From: Klebsormidium nitens | Lineage: Eukaryota; Plantae; Klebsormidiophyceae | Reading direction: 5' to 3' | Length of the DNA stretch: 34,467 nucleotides | Assembly (NCBI GenBank): GCA_000708835.1 | Contig: DF237728.1 | Span: 1-34,467 of the forward strand | Part shown: in pieces, positions 24,000 through 34,467 of the stretch | Position numbering within the stretch: the stretch's first letter is position 1 | Layout: every line of letters begins with the position of its first letter | Notes under the pieces: model-generated | The model's database searches: none | What the model was told of the DNA's origin: nothing | What the model saw: only the letters and a program-made list of their open reading frames with translations | Made by a program: the position numbers and the translations under genes

Positions 24000-25305
24000 C
24001 CTGAAGATGGATCTATCTTAGTCTAGGCGCTTCTTAACTTTCGACTTTGGCATGGCTTGATCTTGCTTAACATGGCCTCGGCGCCCGTTGGAGGGAAGTG
24101 AAGTTAGTGTACTTGTCTTAAAAGAGCGTTGATGACAGGCTCCTCTATTGTTCACTTAGGCACAAAGGTTTGCCCCTCTTGAGGTTGCCAGTCTTGTCGT
24201 CTTGAGTGTTATCTACTCCAGACCGTCAACTGAGTGCTGATGCCAGCCAAAATCTCAATCCAAGGTATGTGTGTGTCACTTCATGATCCTGGTGGCCCAA
24301 CCGAGACCTCCACGAACACCTCAGGTGCAGGCGTAGCAGGGAGGGCAGGCATGTCCAGCTACGGCACCAGCAGGAGCGCAGGCCCATCAGCAAGAGTGGC
24401 AACTCCTTGACCAAGGTCCCCGGTAACTACATGTGCAGCAATCCAGCGTTCATCACCCTACGTTGCAGTGAATGTCATTCTGCCGCCTCCAGCCAGCTAT
24501 GCAAGCTAGAATGCAGGCTTACCTTGCACCCAAACGATGCCCCCAATCACGGCGTCCCTGCTGAGGCAAGCAACCCGGATCGCGATCGCATCTTCATCAC
24601 TGCAAAGAAGGATTGTGCTTGGAACTTTGCAGCACCTCAGGCTGACCCTGATGGGCCGCGCCAGAGCCTGACCTTCTTGCAGGAACACTGCAGATGCACG
24701 TCATGGGGGGGGACAAGCTTGTGGTGGCGCACACCCTCACAAGACAGAGTGCTGACGGCTTGCGGCACCCGACGCCAGCCAAGAGTAGATCAACACTGTC
24801 GCAGCAGCGTGGGGCCACTTCAGGAACCATACTTTAACGGCTCCCATTCCCCCTTAGCTCGCCTGAGCAAAATTCTTAATTTTGACATCAAGTACACCAT
24901 GTCAAGTTGAAACGATCTATTTCCTGATAGCAGGAAACAGTTTGATGCATTTCCCATCCATCAGAAGCACTTTCCGCCCATCAGAAGCAACAGAGGGTTG
25001 GGCTTAAGCATCAGCATCCTTGGGCCATGGACTGCAAAGAAGCAGAAACAACATTGGCCGACAGGCACACACGTGTCAGCAAGCAACGCTCACCTTCCCC
25101 AATTGTGGAGCTTCACTAACAGACGGATCCACTTGCCTCCAAAGCAATGCTTGCGTCTGCTACTGTGAAAGCTGGCCCAAACATGCCTCAAATATTCGAA
25201 CGTTCACGAAAGGTCAGCCAATGCTACGGTTGAAACTCCCAGTCGAACGATTCATTAGCTGCGCCTCCTCAATGTCTCCGGTGCACCGGGTCCGCGCATC
25301 ACCTG
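24000..25305 (-). other. Putative multi-exon spliced 5' leader of the GATA gene
   Basis: Strong minus-strand splice signals: acceptors CCATCTTCAG (exon from 24000), CCTTCTTTGCAG (exon from 24599) and CTTCTTTGCAG (exon from 25030), and donors AAG|GTAAGC (24522) and AAG|GTGAGC (25092). The candidate exons are interrupted by stops, and an in-frame TGA (23985-23983) precedes the ATG at 23937. Confidence 0.45.
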
Positions 25306-25888
25306 TTGCACCACTTGCTCTGCGTGATCCCACAAGAATTGCATTCCCCTGCTACATTATCTTCTTGCAAGCAATTGACAGTGCTGCGTAGCAGGGACAG
25401 GATGTCATCGCAATTTGCGCAGGGAGCGCCATTGTCACTGATCAGCTGCGTGAGCCAGATCTTTGATCAGAGGAGCAACGCGTGCTCGTGTATCTAGGTA
25501 CTATCAAGCGATCGTGATTCAGATAGGGGGGAAGGGTTCCGTGGCTGGGACGGGTTAACTTCTGAAACCCAAGAAACGGAAACATGTGAACCTGTCCGCA
25601 AGAGTGGCCCAGGAATCAGGAAGCTCCGGGTAGCTACGGTAGTACTAGGAGCTTCTGCTACCTAGTTATTTCAAGCAGAATGTTTCACACCAGGCTTGCT
25701 TGACCCTACAGGCTATTGTAGCTATGATCAGGCCCATGGAGCATGCACAGCACATGGGGAAGCGCCCGCGCGGCAGCGCGATTGATTGAGCACGTATCAA
25801 ACGCAGGATGCCAATGCCTAACTTGAATGGCATTGGCAGTGGATTCACAAGCTGATTGAAGAACTCCCTTTGTATAATATCTGGCACC

Positions 25889-28347
25889 ATGGCCGGATAC
25901 GGGGCTGCTTATGATGGGGATGGCGGTGGTGGGTACGGGGGCCGGGACGCAGGGTATGGCGGGGGAGGCGGCGGTTTTGGCGGTGCTCGCGGTGAGGCTC
26001 TCCCTCATGATCTTGTCGACGAGGCCACATGTGCGCTTTCTGCAGCAGCAGATGGACAGATCCTCTGCTCCGGGGCCCTTCCAGCTCCTCCTTCCTCAAA
26101 GGGCAGCGGATGGAGCTTGGCTGCGCAGCTGCACACCTTGAAGATGTTTTTGAATCTGTGCAGGGAGATGAAACACTGCTGCGCTTGTGCCGCTGGCTTT
26201 CTTGGTGGCTGGTTTCGCACAATTCATTGCTCCTCAATGGGCCACAGCATTTGAAACTGTGCTTACTGCAGGTGGGGGAGGCTTTCGCGGCGGCGGCGGC
26301 GGGCGCAGCGAGGGGCGTGATGGGGACTGGATCTGCCCTAACCCCAGGTACTTTCTTCGTGCTCCATCACACTGGTCCATACAGCAAGCAGGGCTGGCCC
26401 CTGCGGTAATGGTGCCTCGCTCATGGGGCTGATACCGGATGGTCAGGCAGGCGCAGAAAGGGCAGAGCATAATTTAGCTGCAGGAAGGTGATGGTTTGCC
26501 GTGCTGAGAAATTAATAATGAAGGGCACAGGCCTGCAACCTGTGGGTGCACTTTCGCAGCTTTTTGCAAGTTCACCAACTTGGCGTCCAGCCTCTCCTCT
26601 GTCTGCGGGGTGCTGCGGTGGCGCCACTTTTTCCTGGATGTGTTAGCAGGCCCGCTAGGTCAGCACGCATAGAGTCCTAAGGCTGCTCTAGGCCGAGGCT
26701 GTGCTCCTTGGGCCGCGCTGCACCTCCGGCTAACATGCGCTGCTGTGCAGTTGTGGCAACAACAACTTTGCCAAGCGCACAGAGTGCAACCGCTGCGGCA
26801 CTCCCAGGCCCGCTGGCGGAGCAGCGCCTGCTACTGGGGGCTATGAGGGAGGGGGAGGCTATGCGGGGGCCCGCGAGAGTGGCTACAACGACCGGGGAGG
26901 GGGCGGCTTCCGCTCCGGGGGAGGCGACTGGAGCCGGCCACCGGAGAGTAGAGAGGGGGGCGGGGGCTACGGCGGGCGAGACAGCCGGGGGTCAGGTGGC
27001 TTTGGGGGAGGGGGCAGCCATGGGGGCGGGGACGGGGGGGACGACTCGGGGCCGGCGGTGAAGCAGTGCGATGACAAGTGTGGCGACAGCTGCGACAACG
27101 CGCGCATCTACATCTCTGGCCTTCCAGACAACACCACAGAAGACGAGATTCGGGAGCTTTTTAGCGGAATCGGCCAGGTGTGTGCCCGAACTTCTTGCTG
27201 CAAAGGACTTCCAGGAAGCACAGGCCCGAGAGGGGCCGATTGGTTGTGCATCAATGGGGGCCCCAGGGGCAGCCTCAGAGCACTGATTGCTGCGGGGGGC
27301 CATTTTCGTGACTATGCTGCAGTGAACCACTGAAGCGCACGCTACTCCCAGCTGCATTTGCTGCAAGAGGATGGGCCCCGCCTGGTGCCAATGCACGGCT
27401 GACGCAATGGGCAAGCTGGTGTGCAGATTGGACGCATTCGGCAGAAGCGCGGTTACAAGGACCAGTGGCCGTGGAACATCAAGATCTACACTGACGACGC
27501 AGGCAAGCAGAAGGGTGATGGCGTGCTCACTTACGAGGATCCTGCGGCCGCGCACTCAGCAGGGGGCTTCTTTAACGGTGAATGCCCAGACCCTCCCTGG
27601 CCCCTCCCCTGCTGTAGAATGTTTGCTGTGGGCGAGGTTTTTCAAGTTAGGGAGTGCCGCTCTCAGGGCCCTGGCTAGGATGGCCCTCAGCTGAGGCTCC
27701 GCAGGCGCTCCTGGCAACCGTATACCTGGGTGCACGTGCTATGGAGCTGTCCCGGCCTTGCCTGGCCTGGTTGCTGCGGACTGGCCCCCTCGGTGCTCCT
27801 CCTTGCCGCTGCTCTGGTGGCTTCGCAGCTGCCGGAGGCAAGAGAAAGCCTGCCGGTTGTCACTTGTTCTGGTGCGCATGCAGCTTCAATGCAGCTGATT
27901 CATGTTCTGCTGCGGCATGGCAGGGCACTCTTTGCGTGGGTCCAAGCTCACCGTCACCATGGCGCAAAAGTCAGCACCGAAGCCACCATCTGCATATGGG
28001 GGCCGCGGGGGCCGAGGGTAGGGCCATCGAACTGACTTACGATTATCAACTTGTTCAAGAGAAGCTGCATAAGCAACCCACTGGCATGTGTGTTGGAGCT
28101 ATCTTACAATAGTGTGCGCACAACGTCTTCTTACTTCCAGTTTCTCTGTCTTCTCTAAAAACTTATCCATTTGCAACTGCAACATGTGTGTGGCGCGATT
28201 GTATTCTGCAGAGGTGGTCGATTTGGAGGAGGTGGTCGGGGTGGGGGCGGTTATGGTGGCGGCTATGGCGGAGGCTATGGCGGAGGAGGAGGGTATGGAG
28301 CAGATCGTGGAGGGGACAGACGAGATTCACGGTCTCGTCCCTACTAG
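25889..28347 (+). CDS. TAF15b: TAF15b-like FET-family RNA-binding protein (RanBP2 zinc finger + RRM + RGG), 328 aa
   Basis: Exons 25889-25991, 26272-26347, 26751-27177, 27427-27577, 27924-28017 and 28212-28347 (987 nt). Motifs: [88 protein letters not shown] and a C-terminal RSRPY PY-NLS, all matching plant TAF15b. Confidence 0.95.
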
Positions 28348-30142
28348 ATCATGTTGTTTGTTATCTAAAGATCATTGGAACTTGAAGCTGCAAGTCTCAC
28401 GAGTAAATCCAATTGTTGAAGCAAGTCGTGTGTTTGTCCTGTTTTATTCAACAAGGACTCAATCCATATGTGCACATGTTCATGCTCGCAAGCGTTGAAT
28501 GTTTGTCGAATGTGAACTTGAGCAAAAGACATACCTCAAGCTTTGGAAAAGATATTCTTGAACTACCTAGCATGTAGCCGAATTCATGTGACTTTGTACA
28601 TGTTCCATGATAATGTGCTCTCAGTGCATGCGTTCTTCCGAGTTCGAAGTGCATGTAGGGTTCAGAAAAGACACCAGAAATAGCGCTGTCGTCCTCTATC
28701 CGCGCCCTCGGGTCTTGATCATTGACACGATCATGCAGGTATGCTAGTACATAACACAGATCGACACCTGTATTTCATTGTTGAAAGCGAGGTGGATAGG
28801 AAAAAGAAGCACCGCAAAGTGCTACCAGAAGGGTAGGAATAGCGAAATGGAGGCAAGTGGGTAACGCCGAAAGCGGGAAGGAAGTGACAAGTTAGAAACT
28901 TACAATACTTCGTCTGAGTGGGAACCCGTCAATCTTAAAATACAATTTGGTAAAAGTAGCTCCAGCCGAATTACTCTCTATGATGAGGGTTCCACCTGAG
29001 TTCTGAGGTTTGGACCGAGAGCCGGCGTGCGTAGTGTCAGGCGGTTTCGGAGGAATAGGCAGCTGAGAGAATTTGCGAGCCGTAGAAAAGGGTATTGAAA
29101 ACTAGGACCGAGTGTGACTGTGATCTGTAGACCCAGTGGGTCTAGTGCGTGCCAGTAATATAAGCTATCAAGCCGAGTAGCCTCCACTACTGTGAACCAT
29201 CATAGGGGACGCGAAAGGCGCGAAGGAAGCCGCTTGTGCATGCATGAGGCAGTTTTTGTGTTCTTTGAGGACCCATGGCTGCTGTCAATATATAAGGGAT
29301 GGAGCCTGAGTGCAATACAAAAGGACCCAATCATCAAATGACCACTAAACAAATCTAGCGCCCCGGCAGCTCAACAACGCTCTCCACTGAAATCTCCGAC
29401 TCAGACTGGGGCCACGCAGAGGTTCCGCGGAAGCTAGACTAAAGTTGAAGGTGCAACGGAGAGATGGATCGGGGAGGTGTCGGTTTCCAAAGGAGCTCTT
29501 AAATATCAACAATTGTAATCGACTTTGCGCCATGTATGCGTCTTATTTAGATTTGCCTTCAACGTAGCATTGAAGTTTAGAACCTAGTCAAAGGTTAAGT
29601 TCGTTGACCGTCGCTCTCCGAACATCTCATAACCTCATCACATGCTATCTTACGACCAGCGAGCCAAATTTCGCAACATGACGCAAAGCGCCATTTTAAA
29701 CAATGCATTTATATTTGACGTGCGACTGGCAAAGACTCAAACGTTGCAAATAGACGGGAAATTGACTCGGCCAAAGGCTACTTAAGGTGGCTACAAGCAT
29801 GTGGATCACGTACCAACGGTGGGTTGAGTTAGTTACTGAAGCAAGGCAGATAATCCGTTTTTGAAAGCATGCAAACGAATGAGGAAGTACTAATGGAGGA
29901 TGAACGATTACAAGATCGGGATTCATTTTCATTTTCATCATCATTTTATCCCCGGAATGAGTTAAGCTATTTTCACAATGAATAAGAAGGAAAATATAAG
30001 AATAAAACAATATTCATTATGAAACCAAGGGTTACCACAAGTATGTTAGTATAACCAAGACCCAAAATTCCCCTACACCCCTATTTCATAGCGCTCATCT
30101 TCATCATCCTATTTATTGAAGCCTCTAGTATACCTTGATTCA

Positions 30143-30392
30143 TTTCACTCATCTTCTTCATTCTCAGATGTAGAATGAAGAAGATGAACGAAAAGAACAG
30201 GGGTACGGGGGGAAAAGGGGAAGGGCTGATTCTGGAGCCCTTGGGGCCCTTATACCCTGATTCATTTCGCTCATCTTCTTCATTCCGACGACATAGAATG
30301 AAGAAGATGAACGAAAAGAAACAGAGGGACAGGGGGAAGGGGGGAAGGGCTGATTCAGGGGCCTTATACCCTGATTCGTTTCGCTCATCTTC
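30143..30392. repeat. Foldback array 1 (alternating inverted GAATGAAGAAGATG / CATCTTCTTCATTC units), truncated by the gap
   Basis: Alternating forward and reverse copies of the motif, with roughly 110-120-bp units. Confidence 0.9.
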
Positions 30393-30412
30393 NNNNNNNN
30401 NNNNNNNNNNNN
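30393..30412. other. Assembly gap (20 N, true size unknown)
   Basis: Run of N inside the repeat array. Confidence 1.
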
Positions 30413-31000
30413 AGCAGAGCTGTCTTGAGCAGAAAGACAACATTTTTACAGAGCAAGCGCCTCCATCCGAGAATGCCTGCAACCATGGTTTCCGCACATG
30501 GCTGCCATATGAGTGTGTAGTTATCCTGCCAGCGCTTCGCTTAAGCTGGCCAATCGTCACACACAAGCAGACAAAAGCATCGTGGTGACACCCAGCCTCT
30601 GAATGTTGTTAGGTTGAACTGGGTCTATTCATGGAGGTTGGTAAGCAGCCAAAGTTTCGTGTTGAAATTCAACGGTCTGCCGCATCTTTCTTGGTGGTCG
30701 TTAATGATGATGATCTTTATGATGTTCCTTCCTTTGCAGAACTTGTTTGTGTGCAAAGAAGCTATCACTGCGTACAGAATCAATTAAAACCTCTATTTCT
30801 GTCATGCCGATATCTTCTTTGATTTGTCAGCTGAATTCTTCATAAGCAGTGGGGGATACCCCAGAGCACTCCGCTCTCTGATGCACATTGCAGCATACAT
30901 CTTGGAAGAGGAAGTAATTAAGTAATACAAAACAGAGCTTGCCCTCAACAATTGATTGACGGCTGAAGGAGTGCTTTCTCAGTATTCTTGTCAATTCAAA

Positions 31001-31560
31001 GAGGAACTACTAATGGAGGGTGAACGATTACAAGATCAGGATTCATTTTCATTTTCATCATCATTTTATCCCCGGAATGAATTATGCTATTTTCACGATG
31101 AATAAGAAGGAAAAAGTAAAAATAAAATAATATTCATTATGAAACCAAGGGTTACCATAAGTATGTTAGTATAACCAAGATCCATAATTTCCCCATACCC
31201 TTATTTCACAACGCTCATCTTCATCATTTTATTTATTGAAGCCTCTAGTATACCTTGATCCATTTCGCTCATCTTCTTCATTTATGTAGAATGAAGAAGA
31301 TGAACGAAAAGAAACAGGGGTACAGGGGGAAGGGGGGAAGGGCTGATTCTGGGGCCTTATACCCTGATTCATTTCGCTCATCTTCTTCATTCCGACTACA
31401 TAGAATGAAGATTGAAGATGAACGAAAAGAAATAGGGGTATAGGGGGAAGGGGGAAATGGCTGATTCTGGGGCCTTATACCCTGATTCATTCCGCTCATC
31501 TTCTTCATTCTATGTCGAATGAAGAAGATGAACGAAAAGAAATAGGGGTATAGAGGGCTC
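31001..31560 (+). repeat. Second, diverged copy of the element's left arm (including TIR and foldback array 2)
   Basis: 31001 onward (GAGGAACTACTAATGGAGGGTGAACGATTACAAG...) aligns colinearly with 29881 onward at an offset of 1120 bp, with scattered substitutions. Confidence 0.9.
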
Positions 31561-31578
31561 GGATAGGCCTAAGGTAGG

Positions 31579-31956
31579 ATGAAGAAGATGAGCGTTGCGA
31601 AAAGGGGTATAGGGGGCCCGGGCCCTAAGGGGAAATGAAGAAGATGGGCATTGCGAAACAAGGGTATAGGGGGCCCGGGCCCCAAGGGGAAATGAAGAAG
31701 ATGAGCGCCGCGAAACAGGGGTATAGGGGCCCGGGCCCCAAGGGGAAATGAAGAAGATGAGGGCGGTGAAACAGGGGTATAGGGGCCAGGGCCTATAACC
31801 AGAAATGAAGAAGATGAGGACAGCGAAACAGGGGTAGAGGGGCCCGGGCCTATAACCAGAAATGAAGAAGATGAGGGCCGCGAAACAGGGGTATAGGGGT
31901 CCGGGGCCCAAGGGGAAATGAAGAAGATGAGGGCCGCGAAACAGGGGTATAGGGGG
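31579..31956 (+). repeat. Head-to-tail minisatellite, about 7 units of 56-57 bp
   Basis: GAAGAAGATG starts at 31581, 31637, 31694, 31750, 31807, 31864 and 31920. The approximate unit is AAATGAAGAAGATGAGGGCCGCGAAACAGGGGTATAGGGGCCCGGGCCCCAAGGGG. Confidence 0.95.
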
Positions 31957-34467
31957 CACACGGTATATATATAGGTTATAGAGGATGACGTATACTTATA
32001 TACCCCTGTGTATATAAGCAAAATAATGATGAAACTGAAGAAACTGTATATATTCGGGCCCCATTAGTACTTTCTCAAACGAATCATGAGCGATCATTGA
32101 TTATTAGGTTGAGAAGCGAGCCTCCTCCAATTCGGAACACTCATGTTCAAGTATGGGTTGCATAAAATCTGTTTCGTAGAGAAGTGCGCTTCGACTGAGA
32201 TCCAAAATTTGACATTCTGTAGTGCCAGCTCTCCGCCCTTGCCAATTTTGCGTCATATCATTTAGAGCGTCAAGCAGCAGATATATCATACCATCCGAAG
32301 CTACACGTTTCTGAGTCCCGAGTACCCAAAATATTTGTGCAAATTCGGAATGGACTCACCAAGTCTTCAAGCGTTTGGGTCCCGAAACACTTTCCGAGTC
32401 CCGGGAAAAGGAGGCCAACGTGGGTGGCAACGGCAAGTGCCGAGCCCATTGGACTAGTTGGTGAACAGAGTCGCAATATTCCGAGCAATTTGGCACACAT
32501 AGCACCGTGGAGATTGAACGATAGGCGATTTCAAGAAGGGCATATGTTTGTATCTTTGTATCAAAGGGATAAAGACTATACAAGCCTGGCAGCATGTATG
32601 TCCCTCACAAATTATTCTCGTCTAGCTAGCCGCTAATCAATCTAGCTAAGTCAATTTAATTCATATAGCGAAATTTCGACGGTACGAGGCGTCAAAACCA
32701 GTAAGCTCGCCAGACTAGGACGGATTAGCAATTATGGATGATTTAAAGTGAAAGGGGCATGCGGAGCAAGTGGATCGAGGATTCGGTTTTGCATTTTGAA
32801 CTAGGAATTACTAGGGCCAAATGCCACCACCGTACCAGCGTTCACTCTCGACGGTTATACTGGTCAAACACGATTATTATTTTCGACTGGTTCAGCACGC
32901 TTGTTAGAAAACTCGGATCAATTTGCAGAGTGCGGTTTTCAGCCTTTTCTGGGCCCTTTCACGGAAATAATATGGGGAAAGTGAATGTTTTCGACTGGCA
33001 CCAATAAAGCAATTAATCAAAGATGATTAGTATAGTACCTGCGGTGCCACAATAAGCCGAAGCCTAGCCTCACACAGACAGTGTGAGAAGGATGCACATG
33101 CCAACCGTAGCGCCGATCACCGCAATGACAATCGTTGACGTCGACGTCTTGTTTTGTATGATTATAGTCGTGGGCGGCTACGCAAATCAGCGCGATGACG
33201 AGCGTGTACGGAACAAAGTCGTCATCAAGAACAAGGAAGTTTGAACAATCCGTTGCACCTCTAGAAGATTTCAAGCTTGCCAGATAGTTTGATTTGCAAA
33301 CACAAGCAACCCAATATCGCTTTTGTCCATCGATAAGGATCCTGAGGCCCCACTGGCCACTAATCAGTGGTAGTGAGCCTAGATTCAGCCTTTGAGTTGA
33401 GTCGAGGCTCGTCGACGGCGGTCAAATTGGGGCCCGATTCGAAACTTCGGCGCCGAACCGAGTGGGTCTCGATCTCACGGTACTAAGATTTCAATCGCTT
33501 GGAATTCGAGTAGGAGTTAGTCGTGAGGCCCCCAGCCTGAGCCGTCTCGAGCTGCTCGGAAGCTAGGGCCTAGGGGGACAATTTAAGCTGTACAGTGGTC
33601 GAAGGGTGGTCGAGACTCGAAATCTTACCAAATGAAGCTATGTTTAAAGCTATGGGTTTTCCACGAAAAGGTCGTCAAAGGTTTGCAAGCGAGGATTGGG
33701 GGGGGGAAACGCTTTACATTTAGTTGACGTCTTGACATGTTATGGCCTTTTCTAGGCGCAAAATGAGCATTTGGGGCTCATTATCGAAGTTTTTAACGGC
33801 CGTTTGAAAATTCCACGCGGGTAGAATCCTTGCAATAAGTCCATATGTGAACCCCAACATCTTCTTTTAGACAGCTAGAATTTTAGGTTAAGCAGGTTTG
33901 CCGCCGGCGAGACTCTTCTTGAAACGTCAATTTGAGTGGTAATTTACCACTGGTAAACCTGGTGTCAAACTAGTGGTTCGAACTCGGTCGATACCTAAGC
34001 TTATCGTGGGCCGTTTTCGCGGCTAAAATGAGCTTTAAGTTGCTAGTGAAAAGATGTTAACAGGAGTTACCAATGTCGGCAATTTGCATTCTTCCCATTG
34101 AAGGTTACATGATCGTTCCTCTTAGAGCGCTAAATGTTGGATAAACATTGTTTTTCTTAATATCACGTTGATTACCTGAGAATGTATTGTATCTGGTTCA
34201 CTCTTGGAGTTGTCCAAGAAAAGACCCCTAAAATTAAAACCTTGAAACCCAAACTTCAGCAAATGTGCAGTTGCCTCACTTGCAAAGGGTTTTCCAAAGC
34301 CCGAAAAGTGCCAAATTCGCCAACAAAAAGCGAGATTCTTATTAGAAGGCGACTTGGGGAAAGTCTTCCGATATACAATTTGTTTGCACAATGCAAGTGC
34401 TCTCTTAAGTGGCCCCTCAGAGGATCCGCGCACGAATTTCATTGGCTGTGACGGTTGGACAGGGTTT

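Larger units (their letters stand above)
29881..32076. mobile_element. Non-autonomous Mutator-like/foldback DNA transposon (composite), 2196 bp as assembled
   Basis: 16-bp TIRs GAGGAAGTACTAATGG (29881-29896) / CCATTAGTACTTTCTC (32061-32076) match at 15/16. An exact 8-bp direct repeat AAACGAAT abuts both ends (29873-29880 and 32077-32084). There are internal arrays of an ATGAAGAAGATGA motif in both orientations and no transposase ORF. The superfamily call (MULE rather than hAT) is inference from the GAG termini. Confidence 0.75.

Noticed and set aside
24523-24599. Peptide DEDAIAIRVACLSRDAVIGGIVWVQ resembling the start of a PWWP/Tudor domain
   Set aside because: No downstream exon supplies a WWP-type motif and the adjoining frames stop.
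31579-31956. CRISPR-like periodic array
   Set aside because: The whole unit is repeated with no unique spacers, there are no cas genes, and the context is eukaryotic.
32828-33005. Third MITE candidate (CCGTA followed by repeated TTCGACTGG)
   Set aside because: No convincing matching right TIR.
33975-33990. GGTTCGAA and other T-loop-like motifs (18766, 23505, 23941, 28642)
   Set aside because: No T-stem or cloverleaf pairing around them.
34122-34451. Overlapping 89-aa and 106-aa ORFs, and an IGCDG PHD-like fragment at the window end
   Set aside because: No full motif and only low-specificity similarity.

Overview
Eukaryotic, GC-rich, intron-dense nuclear DNA from the green-plant lineage (probably a streptophyte alga; this is inference from gene families and splice style). 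Manual splicing gives five protein-coding genes in strictly alternating orientation: an R2R3-MYB of the GAMYB/DUO1-like type (+, 1950-5565), 60S ribosomal protein L8/uL2 (-, 9270-7430), VPS35L (+, 9919-16580, 21 exons), a long single-finger GATA factor (-, 23937 to about 19300) and TAF15b (+, 25889-28347). The intergenic DNA carries two CCGTAG-ended, TA-flanked MITEs, a 66-bp poly(A)-tailed retro-insertion with a 17-bp target-site duplication, and a 2.2-kb Mutator-like foldback element with an 8-bp TSD. That element has two left arms, hairpin and tandem arrays and about 590 bp of unrelated internal DNA. The best leads are this composite element, a 4x51-bp repeat in the GATA gene that encodes SnRK1/CDPK-consensus sites, and atypical residues in the MYB domain. 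There are two assembly gaps. All exon models and homologies are by eye and from memory, and no database search was run.
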